DNA of 57,739 nucleotides, from contig NW_005434655.1 in assembly GCF_000315625.1 (NCBI RefSeq), forward strand, positions 109,807-167,545. Reading direction: 5' to 3'. The position numbers and the translations under genes are program-made. The notes beneath the pieces were generated by a model, which did no database searches, had not been told where the DNA came from, and worked only from the letters and a program-made list of their open reading frames with translations. Below, piece after piece: positions 22,619 through 34,067 of the stretch. Source of the DNA: Guillardia theta CCMP2712. Taxonomy: Eukaryota > Protista > Cryptophyta. Position 1 is the stretch's first letter. Each line of letters starts with the position of its first letter.

Positions 22619-22827
22619 CCATCGCGCCACACTTAGAAAATTTCTCAAATTGGAAACTTGAGTAAAGCTTTAGTCAAAAAAGGGTATACATAAATTCCAC
22701 TAGGGTGCGCCTATTTATCTATAGGAGGAAGCTCCTGGAACATAGGTATATCTTAGGTTTTTGAGTAAAGATTTACTTACTTCCTTAATTCAAAAACTTG
22801 AAAAAATTTTTAAGTGTGGCGCAATGG
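22619..22827. mobile_element. MITE-like element with 30-bp imperfect terminal inverted repeats
   Basis: 22619-22648 versus the reverse complement of 22798-22827 match at 26/30. AT-rich non-coding interior with two TTGAGTAAA cores. No clear TSD. Confidence 0.65.
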
Positions 22828-23254
22828 TGGCGTTATGGACGCTTTGTATCGGCTTCTGCGTCTTTTCCATGCATATACTCATTGATTGTTGCTATGTGTT
22901 GTTGTTCAATCATTCCTTTGAACAAGTATTGAATGTATGTATGCATGAGATGGTGATGATGAAGAGGAGGTGGACGAAGACAAGGAGGAGGAGGTGGTGG
23001 AGCCTGGAGGAGATGGACGTGGAGGAGATGAAGATGATGATGACGAGGACGTTAGGAGGATGAGGTGGTGTGGTGTTGGATGTATAGGTGATGATGATGA
23101 TCATGAGGATATGGAGGTGATGAAGATGGTGATGAGCATGAGCATGTGGAGGTGATTACACATATCTCACTCTAGCAATTTTTCATTCACGTTATCTAGT
23201 ATCGCAGGAAGGTTTTACCATCGCGATACTGTAAGTTAGTTCTTATGTTCTCCA

Positions 23255-24726
23255 TTAACCCTCATTACAGCTTCTATCTATCCTGCTCCTCTTTCGTGTT
23301 CTCTCGTTCTTTCTGAGCATGTCTACCACTGTCAACCAACATAACAGACTGAAGTTCGACACGTCCTCTTGCGTCGGAATGGCACCTGTCACCCTCTGAT
23401 ACTGCTCAAACAAGTAATTTTCGCAATGGTCGAATATGAAATCAGCCTCTCTGCGATCGGGGTTGGCCTTGTAGATACCCAGAGCGCTGGCTTCGGCATC
23501 GATCATTCTCACCATGAAATTCAGGTCAGAATGTCTCTTCCCATCAGATTTCGTAGGGAAGTCTATACCTCTCATGGACTTGAATGGAGGTAGCTTCGTA
23601 TCTGCGTGTCCGAAATTATAAATCATGTACATGCTTCTTGTTGTGTTGCCACCCCACTCAAACTTGTACTCGTCCACTTGGCTGCTTGTGCCCGCCCCAC
23701 TCCCGCTTGGCATGGCGGCCACGCTTCCACTTGCTGGGCCAGTTTGTGCTGATATTGAGTCCATTGCACTTCCTCCATGGATGCTCGTTGGCATCGGCAT
23801 CCCGGTTCCCGCTTCATCTTGAACCTGCCGTATCTCTGTATTGCTCACACGCCCGTGCTCCGTTCTGATCAGAATTGTATCCATCTTCTCATTGAATCTG
23901 TTCTGAGCTTCAAGTAAACGACTTTGCGAATCCAACATCCGACTTTGCGAATCTAGAACATTCTGAACGAAGTCTCCACTGACCGTCACTGCATTCACCC
24001 TACCATCACGGCTGTTGTTGCCTGTTGCTGTCACTGTCATCTCAGCCGCCACAGCCCCTGGTGGCCCCCCCCACTGTCCTGCCGATGGATGATTACCATC
24101 CGTCGCACCGCGTCCTCCTGCCGGTGTCATCATCAAATTCTTCATTTCCATAACTTGGCCTTTCAATTCTGCCATGTCCAGCATTATAGATGTATGCGGA
24201 GTGATTCCAGTTGGTACTCTCCCGTGCGCTTCGGTTGTTACCCATTTCTTCAATGTATCCAGGTATCCTTGGTGTATGAATAATTCTGTCCGAAACAGGG
24301 GGTGATTCCGTGGCATGACTTCCCGAAGAAACGTTTCGTGATAAACCACAGATGCTAGAGATTGTTCGATAAGCTTCCTCAGTCTTGCGTTTTCCCGAAC
24401 ATGTGGATATACTGGTCCATGACCTCATTGATTGCCTCCCTGCCTTCACGATTTTCACACCAGAACATCGGTGGCAGAGCCGCAAATTCAGGCCTGTCCG
24501 TGGGTAATCCACAACAGGTTCTTCCAACCTGGCAACGGAGACAGTCACCGTATCGTCAGCGTTCCCCTGTTCTTTCATACTCGTCCATGTTACTAGCACA
24601 AATCGCATGGAAAAGACGCTTGCAGCGGCTGCATACTTCCAAAGGACATACTTCGAAATGCTCAGGAAGTACCTTGCACAGGGAACCGCTTTCTCTGCCG
24701 CCAAACAAGCATCGCCCGACAGACAT
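23255..24726 (-). mobile_element. Internally deleted, pseudogenised Crypton-like (tyrosine-recombinase DNA transposon) coding region
   Basis: VGRTCCGLPTDRPEFAALPPMF, EQSLASVVYHETFLREVMPRNHPLF, PTGITPH and the C-terminal FG...LPPF...KRHSDL...LCWLTVV match my recollection of CryptonS-type proteins downstream of the YR domain. A PHD-like CxxC..HxxC..CxxC is directly upstream. Stop at 24556-24558, frameshift near 24412, catalytic YR core absent. Confidence 0.6.
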
Positions 24727-25324
24727 CGCTCCCTGCATGGTGGGGCTACAGAGTAGTACCACCCTGGAACTCCTAAAATATTTCATTACAATTTTCTCTG
24801 AGGGGAACTTGAGTATACTATAACTTGTATTGAAATTCCGATATGAGTAACAAATCAATTCCAGATTATGCACGTTCCTCATTCTCATGCTCCTACAAAT
24901 TTCCCGGCGATATATAATAAATCTCAGCCCCTACAGAGGTAATACTCTCCTATAGGGGGGTTACGGTATCTATGACCACTCTACCTGAGGTACCTCTACT
25001 TCCTATATCCTACTGAGATACAGTACTCCCCTACGTGCTACGGGTACGTAAACCTCCCGAACTCCATACCTCTCCGCGGGACCCACCCCAACTCTCGACC
25101 TGTGTGCCAGGGGTATGCCATGACAAAATGGTAGTGCCGTAGCGAAAAGACTCTTGTTCGCTCTCTACCACTCGGCGAGCAAAACCGCAACGTTCCAGCC
25201 CGTATACTTCCAAAGAAAAAACAGAAAAACAAAAACAATTGATGGTCAAAATAGCCTCGCCTGATCCCCTACGATACTCGTCACTGTCTCCTCACCGCCT
25301 CCCACGCGCCGACAGATTCCGCTC

Positions 25325-25837
25325 ATGCAGCTGCCTCCTCCTTCTCCTCCTCCTCTGGCTCTCCTCTCTCTTCCCTCGCCTTCTCCTCCCCCTCCTCCCC
25401 CTCCTTGCTCCTCCTGCTGTGATGGCGACTGCCTCATATGCTCCCTCCCTCCCTCCCACTGCCTCCTTACAACCGACATTCCCTATGACTCCTGCGCTGA
25501 CCTCTGGTCGGAGCGCGCTCCGTCGCCCCCCTCAGCCGGCCCCTGTGTCTCTCCTCGGACCCCCGTCCTCGCGACCCGCCGGCCCTGGACCGACGAGCGC
25601 AAGCTGAAGCACAGCTCCTCCTGCATGAACAAGAAGAGGCTCTCGACCGAGGACAAGATCCACATCGTGTCGCTCTTCTACGGGTCCTCGCGAGACCGCG
25701 CGACGCGGGTGAGCCAGAGCCACATCGCCAAGATGTACGGGAAGAGCCGGGCGGCGATCAGCAAGATCTTGAGGGCGGAGCAGGTAGAGGCGCTGCTGGA
25801 GAAGACGCTGGAGGGCGAGACTGGAGACGATGAGTGA
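25325..25837 (+). CDS. Stand-alone CENP-B-N/Psq-type HTH protein, copy D
   Basis: 170-aa ORF; segment ~25143-25850 is a near-identical duplicate of ~19529-20235, including ~180 bp of upstream sequence. Confidence 0.75.
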   Translation: MQLPPPSPPPLALLSLPSPSPPPPPPPCSSCCDGDCLICSLPPSHCLLTTDIPYDSCADLWSERAPSPPSAGPCVSPRTPVLATRRPWTDERKLKHSSSCMNKKRLSTEDKIHIVSLFYGSSRDRATRVSQSHIAKMYGKSRAAISKILRAEQVEALLEKTLEGETGDDE

Positions 25838-27013
25838 GGGCGGGAAGTGAAGGGTGGAATGTGCGGGCTGAGGGAGGACGAGGCTGAGGCGCCGCCAGGG
25901 AGGAAGGAGGAAGAGAGCCTGGGAACAGGAGGAGGGAGGAGGCATTCGGGGGGTGTTGTATCCTGGACTCATACCGGACGCCCTTTGGATGCAGCGTAGG
26001 GACGATAACAGACAGCATGTTTCTGATCTGATGAGTGTGTGTGCTTAATAAACAGTGATCCTAAGATCTTGTGAGCTCAAGGTCTTACGCAAGGTTGTAA
26101 GTGGGAGGAGAGAGGAGGATGGTTCAACTCGTATACACGTGAATGAAGGAGGAGGAATGAACAAGGGAAGTCGTATTGCGATGATCTTCAAGAGCGGGAG
26201 AGGAGTGGGCTGCGTAGGAGAAGGAGGATCCAGAGAGCTTGGTGATAGGGGGGAGCAGAAGGAGAGGACTTTGAGGGTAAATTGGCTTATTCCCGTCCGT
26301 TCCCATTTACTGCGGCGAACTTGTTTCCTTTCCAATGTCGAGTTTTGCAAACCAGCTTTGGTGCATTCATCCAGAGTCTTGCTAGCAATTTTATCAGTCG
26401 GAAGATTGCAAGCTGTACACGACGAAAATTTTCAGCACGATACAGTTTTGTGGTAACAGTAGTATCCAATCAGTTTTCACTTTGAAATTCTTTGCTTCCT
26501 TTCTTGCTCCGACATATCATATCTCAGTCAGAGTGCCTGATCCTGGGAGGCCCAGCTCAGGTTCGAAAACGTTTCTTCCCGACTCGCACTGCGGCCACCA
26601 CTTGGCACTGCATGCGTCCCAACTCCACAAAACTCAACAGGTTTGCTACTGATTTGGCAAAGAATCAAGGTACAATGAATCAACGCCAAGAACGAGAAAC
26701 AAACGATCAAACCTATTGCAAAGAACATGAAGCAGAAAAACCTCAATCGCACCAACGAGCAGAGCCAGCATTCACCGAAGTTGAAGTTCAAGAAGCAGCA
26801 CGATAACAATAACGGTAACAAACTCATCGTCAATCTCGCTGACCAGTTACTGAACAAGGCAAGCTCACAGACCAGGAGCCTATGAGTGTGACGACTGAAA
26901 CGACGAGGATACCGATCGGCACAGACGTAGAGACGGATAACATTGCGCCTCAGAAGAGTTTACAACACTCTCAGGACGCAATTCGTAATACTGCACAGAA
27001 AAACAAAACTTAG

Positions 27014-27187
27014 AACGAGCATTGTTGTAGTGACGCGGATATACCTGACTGGGCTTATAACGAGCATTGTTGTAGTGACGCGGATATACCTGACTGGGCT
27101 TATAACGAGCATTGTTGTAGTGACGCGGATATACCTGACTGGGCTTATAACGAGCATTGTTGTAGTGACGCAGATATACCTGACTGG
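27014..27187. repeat. 45-bp minisatellite, ~3.9 copies
   Basis: Unit AACGAGCATTGTTGTAGTGACGCGGATATACCTGACTGGGCTTAT at 27014, 27059, 27104 and 27149 (last copy partial, one substitution). Confidence 0.95.
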
Positions 27188-28423
27188 CACTGCAACCTGG
27201 TAAGGTGAAGAGAAGCTGCAACTCCAAACAGAAATCACCAAAGTGGAAGGGCACACAACCGTCTAAACCTCGCTTACAGAAATCCTTGTTGGACTGTGGA
27301 AACTGTTGCGAAAGCCAAAGCATGGTTTCTGGAGCTCAGCTCAAAAGCTATCGCAGATGGGGGGAGAACAAACTGTCATCTATAGCTGCTTTAAAATCAC
27401 AAGACCCTAGACTTTTCAAAGCTTTCGAGGGCCTTCGTTGCTCATTGTTTGCTTTCTTGAGGCTCGGGTTGTTCATTTCGGCGATGACTTGTTTCGACCT
27501 TCATTTCTCACGCACGTCAAACGTGAACTCATTGGCCTCATCTCGACCGGCATGGACCGTCGGTCTGAGGGGGGCCCGGAAAAGCGGATAGTCCTACTTT
27601 TTTTCCATCAGGATTTTGATCCTGGGCCTCGATTTGAATTTTCTGGAGTCCGACAGTGACCGGTCAATACAAGAACCATTTTGAGTCGTAAGATAGGGTG
27701 GGGTACGGCAGGCGATCTCGGTTCAATGGGCGCCAGTCAAGGAGGAGCGAGAGCGTGCTGTCCGCAGGCAAGTGAAGGAGGGAGGAAGTACAGGAGGAGA
27801 ATAGAAGAAAGAAAGTAGGATGATGAGAGGAGGCATGCCGGGGATCGAGGGAGAGGTGAAGAAGTGAGAACTAGTTACTTGAACGTCTTTTGTGATCTGT
27901 TTGATGGTTGCCTGAGCCAGTCGACTGGTACAGGCTAGCAAAGGAGTTTGATATCAGATCTTGCGATGGTGACAAGCATTTCAAAGAAGTGCTATGTTCC
28001 TTTACAAAGCACGTTTCGACTTCGTTCGGATTCCTGTTGTGTTGTGTCATGAGGAGTATATGTTATATGAGCAGATGTTCGATTAGAGCAAATGTGACTG
28101 AAGTCTGTTAAAACTGCGCAAAGTCCTGACATCCCATGATACAGCAAGAATACCAGTATGATGATGATAGGGAGGGATCACAAAGAATACAACTCGAGAG
28201 ATCGCCTCCAAAGTTTCTAATGGTCAGCACCCAACATTCAATATTCTGAGATGTAACATACCGGCTGTCCAGGAGACAAGTCGGGAGCCCGTAACACCGC
28301 AATCAAGTCTGCGAGGCTCTCCTCTGGAAGTGAAAGACGTTGTCGGCCTGTCTCCCCTCGAAGACGTCGGTCAGCGCGAGGTAGACTCGTTTTCACCCGG
28401 TTCCATCCTACCTTCTTCATTTG

Positions 28424-30190
28424 CTACTTGTTTCGATATGCCGGTTCCTGAACTGACGTGCAACGTCGCAGAAGATGGAGAGGAGGCGGGCGGCCCTGGA
28501 GAAGCACAGTAGGATCTTTGGGCACCTTCCACCAGGCTATCACGTCATGTGAGCTTGTTGGTAATGTTAGTTTATTATCCTTCTCCTCCTGCCGTCGGTG
28601 CCTTTGGATCTGCCCGTCGCCAAGAAGTACAAGGTCCTTGTCCTCTCTCCCCCCCTCTCTTCTCTCTCCTCTTCCCTCAAGTATCGGGCTCGCATCGGAA
28701 GGCCGCGGCGTTCGCCTGAGGACATGTAACTTAGCGCAATGGCTGAGGGTGCGAATGAAAACCTTGAGCCAGTGGTTGTCGGGGTCCAACTTGAGCGCAT
28801 GGATGATGAGGCTCTCAGCCGTCCTCGGCTCGTTCAGGTTGTCACGGTAGAGCACCTGCCGAGTGGTTAGGAGCATTATGCTTTCTCTCCTCCTCTCCTG
28901 TCTCCCTTGCCCCTTTCCTCCTCCGCTACCGCAAGGTTGATGGTCGTCGGGATGTGATTGGGATCCTGCTGCAGAGCTCGAGAGTACCTGTATGGCATAG
29001 CTCAACAGCTGTGAACCCCTATCCCCCTGTTCCTCCCCAGCTGCTTTCCCACCACTCTCCAGCTGTTCCCCTGGCCTTGCTCCTCTTTCAAGCTCCTCAC
29101 ATGGATCGAGCGGCGGTAAAGTCGTTGTTGACGTTCTGAAGGAGCATGCCGTACCCGCATAAGCTCCGCACGTGCCATGGGTTGGAGTCCAGCGCCTAGC
29201 GAGCAGAGGTCAGAAGGCAGCAGTAGCAAGACTGATGGGGCAGGACTTTGCGAAACAGTTCAGCAGCGAACGAGTGATCCTTCTTTACGTTGGTGAGGAG
29301 GAGAGCGTAATTGCACAGGGTGTCTGCCAGCCACGCTCAGCGCCTGCCACGACAGCTGAAAGTTCCGACCAGTGTGAGAGGGGTCGATCTCAAGGGCTCG
29401 CTTGAAGTAGACCTCTCCTCCTGCATCATCTCCGTACTGCACGGAAGTTCAGAGGCGCGAGCAGCAACTGCCGCTGACCTTGTCGCGAAGCAGGAGGCCG
29501 TAATGGGACAAGGAGGCCACATGTAGAGGGTTGACCCTCAGAGCATGCTGGTAGAGCGACTCCGCCTGCAGCACCAGCATGAGAAACTTGGGAACCTTGC
29601 CCAGCAGGAGATGAGCATCACCTTCGATAGGTCACTGCGAGTGGAGTGGAGAAGCATGGCGAGCCCGCAGAGCGCTTCAACGTTGTCGGGATCCAGGACG
29701 AGCGCCTGTTGGTGTTGCGGTCATGGCCTGACGGCAAGTCGCTTCCTTGCCCTCCCCTCCCCTTCCCCACCTTCTGGTATGACATCTCCGCTTCTGTCGT
29801 GAGCTGACTCTCCGCAGCCAGCTTCGCTGCCTGTGCGAGAAGGAGTTGGTTGGGAGGAGCAGCGGCAGGACGAAGAGGAGGGGAAGTAGCAGGAGTTCCA
29901 GGGGGAGGAGAGAGGAGAGAGAGGAGAGAGAGGAGGATGAGGATGGACATCAGGAGGAGGGGGAAGAGGAAAAGGAGAGAAGGGAAAGAGAGGGAGAGGA
30001 GAGAGGAAGAGCGGCGGTGGTGTCAGCAGCAGGAGTGGGTGCAGGAGAGCCTCAACAACCATCTGCGTCACTCACCGCAAGAAGTCCGTCGATCTCATAT
30101 GTTGATCTCTTGTGCGAGTCAATCTTCGAATCTAATGCAGCGCTAACGAGGAGGGGCGAGGGGTCTCGTATCCATGGATTAGACGCCTGA
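28424..30190 (-). CDS. TPR-repeat protein (multi-exon, boundaries approximate; may be the 3' half of the upstream PDZ gene)
   Basis: TPR-like exons AEMSYQK|ALVLDPDNVEALCGLAMLLH, GEVYFKRALEIDPSH and AESLIIHALKLDPDNHWL. Confidence 0.65.
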
Positions 30191-30315
30191 GAATGCAGGT
30201 CAGCACAGTGCAAGGACAAGGGGCGGCACGAGGAAGGCGAGGAAGGCGGTGAAGGAAGAGGAGGGCAGGAGGAGGCTGAGTAGGAGTAGCAGACGGAAGA
30301 AAGAGAGAGAAATAA

Positions 30316-30529
30316 NNNNNNNNNNNNNNNNNNNNNNNNNNNNNNNNNNNNNNNNNNNNNNNNNNNNNNNNNNNNNNNNNNNNNNNNNNNNNNNNNNNNN
30401 NNNNNNNNNNNNNNNNNNNNNNNNNNNNNNNNNNNNNNNNNNNNNNNNNNNNNNNNNNNNNNNNNNNNNNNNNNNNNNNNNNNNNNNNNNNNNNNNNNNN
30501 NNNNNNNNNNNNNNNNNNNNNNNNNNNNN
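30316..30529. other. Assembly gap
   Basis: Run of N. Confidence 1.
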
Positions 30530-32181
30530 CAACCTCTTCCCCATGCAGGCCGTAGTAAACGAGATACACCGGCTGATCGAGTATGTGACCTTTATATCCC
30601 ATATGTGGAACTACCTTGATTCTTAGAGAGGAATCCAGCAGGAAAGCGCGTCCATGAAGCTGCAGCCTTTTTTTCTTTTCTTTTCATATCCATTGGCAGA
30701 CGGACCTACTAGGGAGGGAGGCGGATCAACCGGAGGTGGAGAGCAAAGGGGCTGAAGTTCAACAGGATGGGTACAAGGAGATGTTGAGGAGGAGGCGGAT
30801 GGGAAAGGTTTTACCTCCTTGTTTGGATTTCCGTGCCTTGGTGTTGTATGGACGCTTTCCTGCTCCTGCTGCTGGTGAGATTTTGGATCCCGTCCTCGAG
30901 AAGTTCAAACCTGAGAAGGAGAGCTACGAGACAGCCTGCAAGTCACAGCGCACCGCAGTAAAAAGTAGCGAGTGAGAAAAGTTTAAGGCGAGCATCCAAC
31001 GTACCGGAGATGCTCGAGGCGGCCATGGTCTGGATCTTTCACAGCCAGGTAAGTCTGCTGCTTCGACACGGGCTCTGCTCAGCAAGAGGATGGTCAGAAC
31101 ACCCTCGAGGAAGCGACTGACGTGACCTTGTCCATGGAGATAGGGGTCATGAAATGCTCGCAGCCGTTTAATGTTTGCTCTCCGCAGAACCGTCTCGATC
31201 CTCTCGCTCCCTCCTCCCGTCGGCCTCTGCATCGTCAGCCGGACTAAAGTTCCTTCTCGTCCCAAGAGCACAGTAGAGACTTCCCGCCGTATTCAGCAGG
31301 AGGTAAAAAAGATGCAGCTGCTCACCTTGCTTGAGCGAGCATCGGTATACATAGTGCCCATCGACCTGGGACGGCAATCAGCAGCTGATTCAGGGAATTG
31401 CTGAGAGAGAACCTGCTCGAGGCGATCGCCTTCTGCTATGAGGCCATCCATTGCTGCAGGGGAGCCTGCCATGTTGGATCAGCGAGGAAGCGAAAGCCTA
31501 CAGGGTTGAGCAAACCTGGAACGAGGGAGTGAACGTAGAGAGCTCCGCTGACATCCGGCTTGAAGTTGATCCCAACGCCACCTGCTCATGCTTGACTTCC
31601 ACGGCAGGGCGGCATTCGATGAAGAGGAACGGGGTGTGGAGTGAATGGTGCGAGCAAGGAAAGATCAATCGTCGCGGGGGACATCATAACTTGGGTGTAA
31701 GACCATTCAGGTTATATGAGATGATGTGACGTATGACCGGTGTTGTGACATTAAGTAGGAAGAGGAGAACTTGGAGATGACCCAGCCTCTCTCGGCAGTC
31801 CCACAGTTCGTGGTTGACCCGCTCGTCAAAATATGAATGATGGTACGAGGAGGGGCGTGAGAGGGAGAGTTCTGAAGGGGATGGAGTGCATCGAGCAGTG
31901 AGGGAGGACGACCAGGGTCACCGATGACTGACTCAGGGGTGAGCCGAGCACTCAATCGCGCGGCAGGGGAGAGTGAGGACTGAGGGGAAGGAAGCAACCG
32001 CGAAGACGGTAGGGGTGTAAGGTACTCGAAGGGAGGGGAGGAGCCTGTGAGGAGGAGAGTACTGACATGAAGAGTTGTCGTTGATGGGGTCCTGACTGAG
32101 CGATCGCCTGGCCTGATCATTCACTCCGCTGCAGCATAGCAGCGAGTCGACCAGCCCCCCAAGCGACGGCGCCTCCGCCAT
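30530..32181 (-). CDS. PDZ domain protein (multi-exon, boundaries approximate)
   Basis: Spliced PDZ: GGVGINFKPDVSGALYVHSLVP|GSPAAMDGLIAEGDRLEQ|VDGHYVYRCSLKQ|..LLGREGTLVRLTMQR; probable first exon MAEAPSLGGLVDSLLCCSG. Confidence 0.6.
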
Positions 32182-32700
32182 TGACAAGCAGCACTGTACC
32201 GAGTCTCGGATACCTCAATTAAAATTCCCCGGATACTCCCGAGTACTAGCTGGCTGTCGTGGCGTCCGCCGGATCTGAATTGGCGTCAGTCACGCGGCGG
32301 CCGGGCAAAGGCTGGCCCGGCGCGGTCCCCTCCGGGCCGGGCCGGGCCTTGAACTTTTCATCACTGATGATGTCTCAGGCTGGCCTTTCTCTTGCGGCCC
32401 GGCCATGAGGTGAATGAACGGCGGTGCCCGGCGCAGCACAGCCGGCCCTCGGGCCCACAGTGTCGGCCCGGACCGCCCGGGCCGCGCCCGGCCCGGGGCC
32501 CGGGCCGGGCGCCTGAAGGTCATTTTGAAAGTTTAAAAGTTTGGCTTCAAAAAAAATTCGAACTGCTCACACCCCTACCCTCTGCTATTCACTTTTAACT
32601 ACAAGTACCCCTATTTTATCAACAATTTAGACTGTAGAGCACCGGTATTGAAGAGTACCCCACCCGTCTGTGTTGGCTCCTGTCCCTGCTTCCATGCAGG

Positions 32701-33478
32701 ATGGGAGCCGAGGCATCCACGGCAGGCAGGGCGATGCAGGAGGAGGAGGAGGAGGGAGGGGAGAGGAGGAGGAGAACACAATCTCAGCTCTTGTGCTCCG
32801 ATGACTGGGCTGAAGAGCGAGGGGGAGGGGGACTGTTCTGCTCCTCTGAAGCTCTGGATGGGTGCCGGTGGAGACTGGAAGAGGTCAGAGCTCGGGCTGT
32901 GGTGGGAGAGCAAGGAGCCTCGACAAGACTTCGACACTCTGCGGTGTCGCATCCTCTTTACCCCACGCAGCTCCACGAGGAAGCGTCTTTCCTGGTCCCC
33001 ATATCCTCCGGGGAGTGGCACACCGCCGCCAATAATGGCGACCTGGAAACCATGAGGAAACTGCTGGATGAAGGGACGGACGTGAACATGGTGGACGAGC
33101 TTGGATTCACAGGTGTCAACCCCTCCTTTCCTATTCCCTCCAATCATCTTCTTCTCCCCTGCTCACTCCTCCTGACTCCTGACCCATTCTCAGCGCTCCA
33201 TGTGGCGGCTCTGCGGGGAGACAGGGACATGGTGGAGTTCCTCTACAACCGGTCGGCAGATGTATCGGCGGCAACCTACTTCGACAAGAAGACAGCTGTG
33301 AGCATGCTGACTGCCAGCTTGGTCGAGCTGAGAGCTGTGAGCCTGCGCAGATGACGTACGCTGCTGAGCAGAAGCAGTCCGCCGTCCTCTCGTTCCTGCT
33401 GGAGGTAGCCGAGGCTCAGCTCGCGTTTTCTTCGAGCGTTCTGACTGTCTTGTGGCCAGAAAGTCAAGACAGACATGA
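32701..33478 (+). CDS. Short ankyrin-repeat protein (boundaries approximate)
   Basis: WHTAANNGDLETMRKLLDEGTDVNMVDELGFT|ALHVAALRGDRDMVEFLYNRSADV. Confidence 0.75.
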
Positions 33479-34067
33479 AAGGCAAGGGGAGCGCTGCGAG
33501 CCATGGGAGGCATGGTAGGCTGGAGGGAGGAGAGGGTCTACAACACCTGACACGCGTCCAAGAGAGGCAACGGGACCATAACGGAGCTGTGCCTTTAACA
33601 GTGAGTCGCGCACAGCAGTCATGGACATACCGTACATGCATATCTATCGGCTGTCGTAGTTATCATCGTCCCCTCTCAACCTCTTCCCTCTTCCCTCTTC
33701 CCTCTTCCCTCTCCCTTCCTTTCAACCGCCATATCACTTCATCTCTTTCTGTTTTTCCTGTTCAACATGTTCCATCGGGATTAGACTTGTATCCTTAGAT
33801 CAACTTGTTTTATCTTCTCTCTTATGTAAGATTTGGGAGCTGTCGCAGACATTGCATTTCTAGTTAGGTTTGGATAGATGGCTCCATGAAACCCATCAGC
33901 AACAATCTCATCATGTTTCTTGATTGTGCTTCCCAACTCGCAATTGCCTTGACCTTGAATGAGCAAATTCACACTCCGGGACCAATTTTCAATCAATTCA
34001 AAGACATCCATTGTTATCTCCTACCTCGTGAAGCATACCTCTCTAATATTTGAATACTCAACAGCAC

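Noticed and set aside
22930-23155. Acidic or Met-rich ORFs
   Set aside because: Degenerate (GAT/GAG)n low-complexity tract.
27014-27187. CRISPR-like array
   Set aside because: Units are contiguous identical 45-mers without unique spacers; no cas genes; eukaryotic context.
26492-27340. RIP-like C-to-T signature (many TAA/TGA/TAG stops in one frame)
   Set aside because: The stop-rich stretch reads cleanly in another frame (DNNNGNKLIVNLADQLLNK), so frameshifts explain it equally well.
18490-27600. Fanzor/TnpB, DDE transposase or reverse transcriptase in the accessory zone
   Set aside because: No RuvC, DDE or YxDD motifs recognised in any ORF; the HTH genes end without a catalytic domain.
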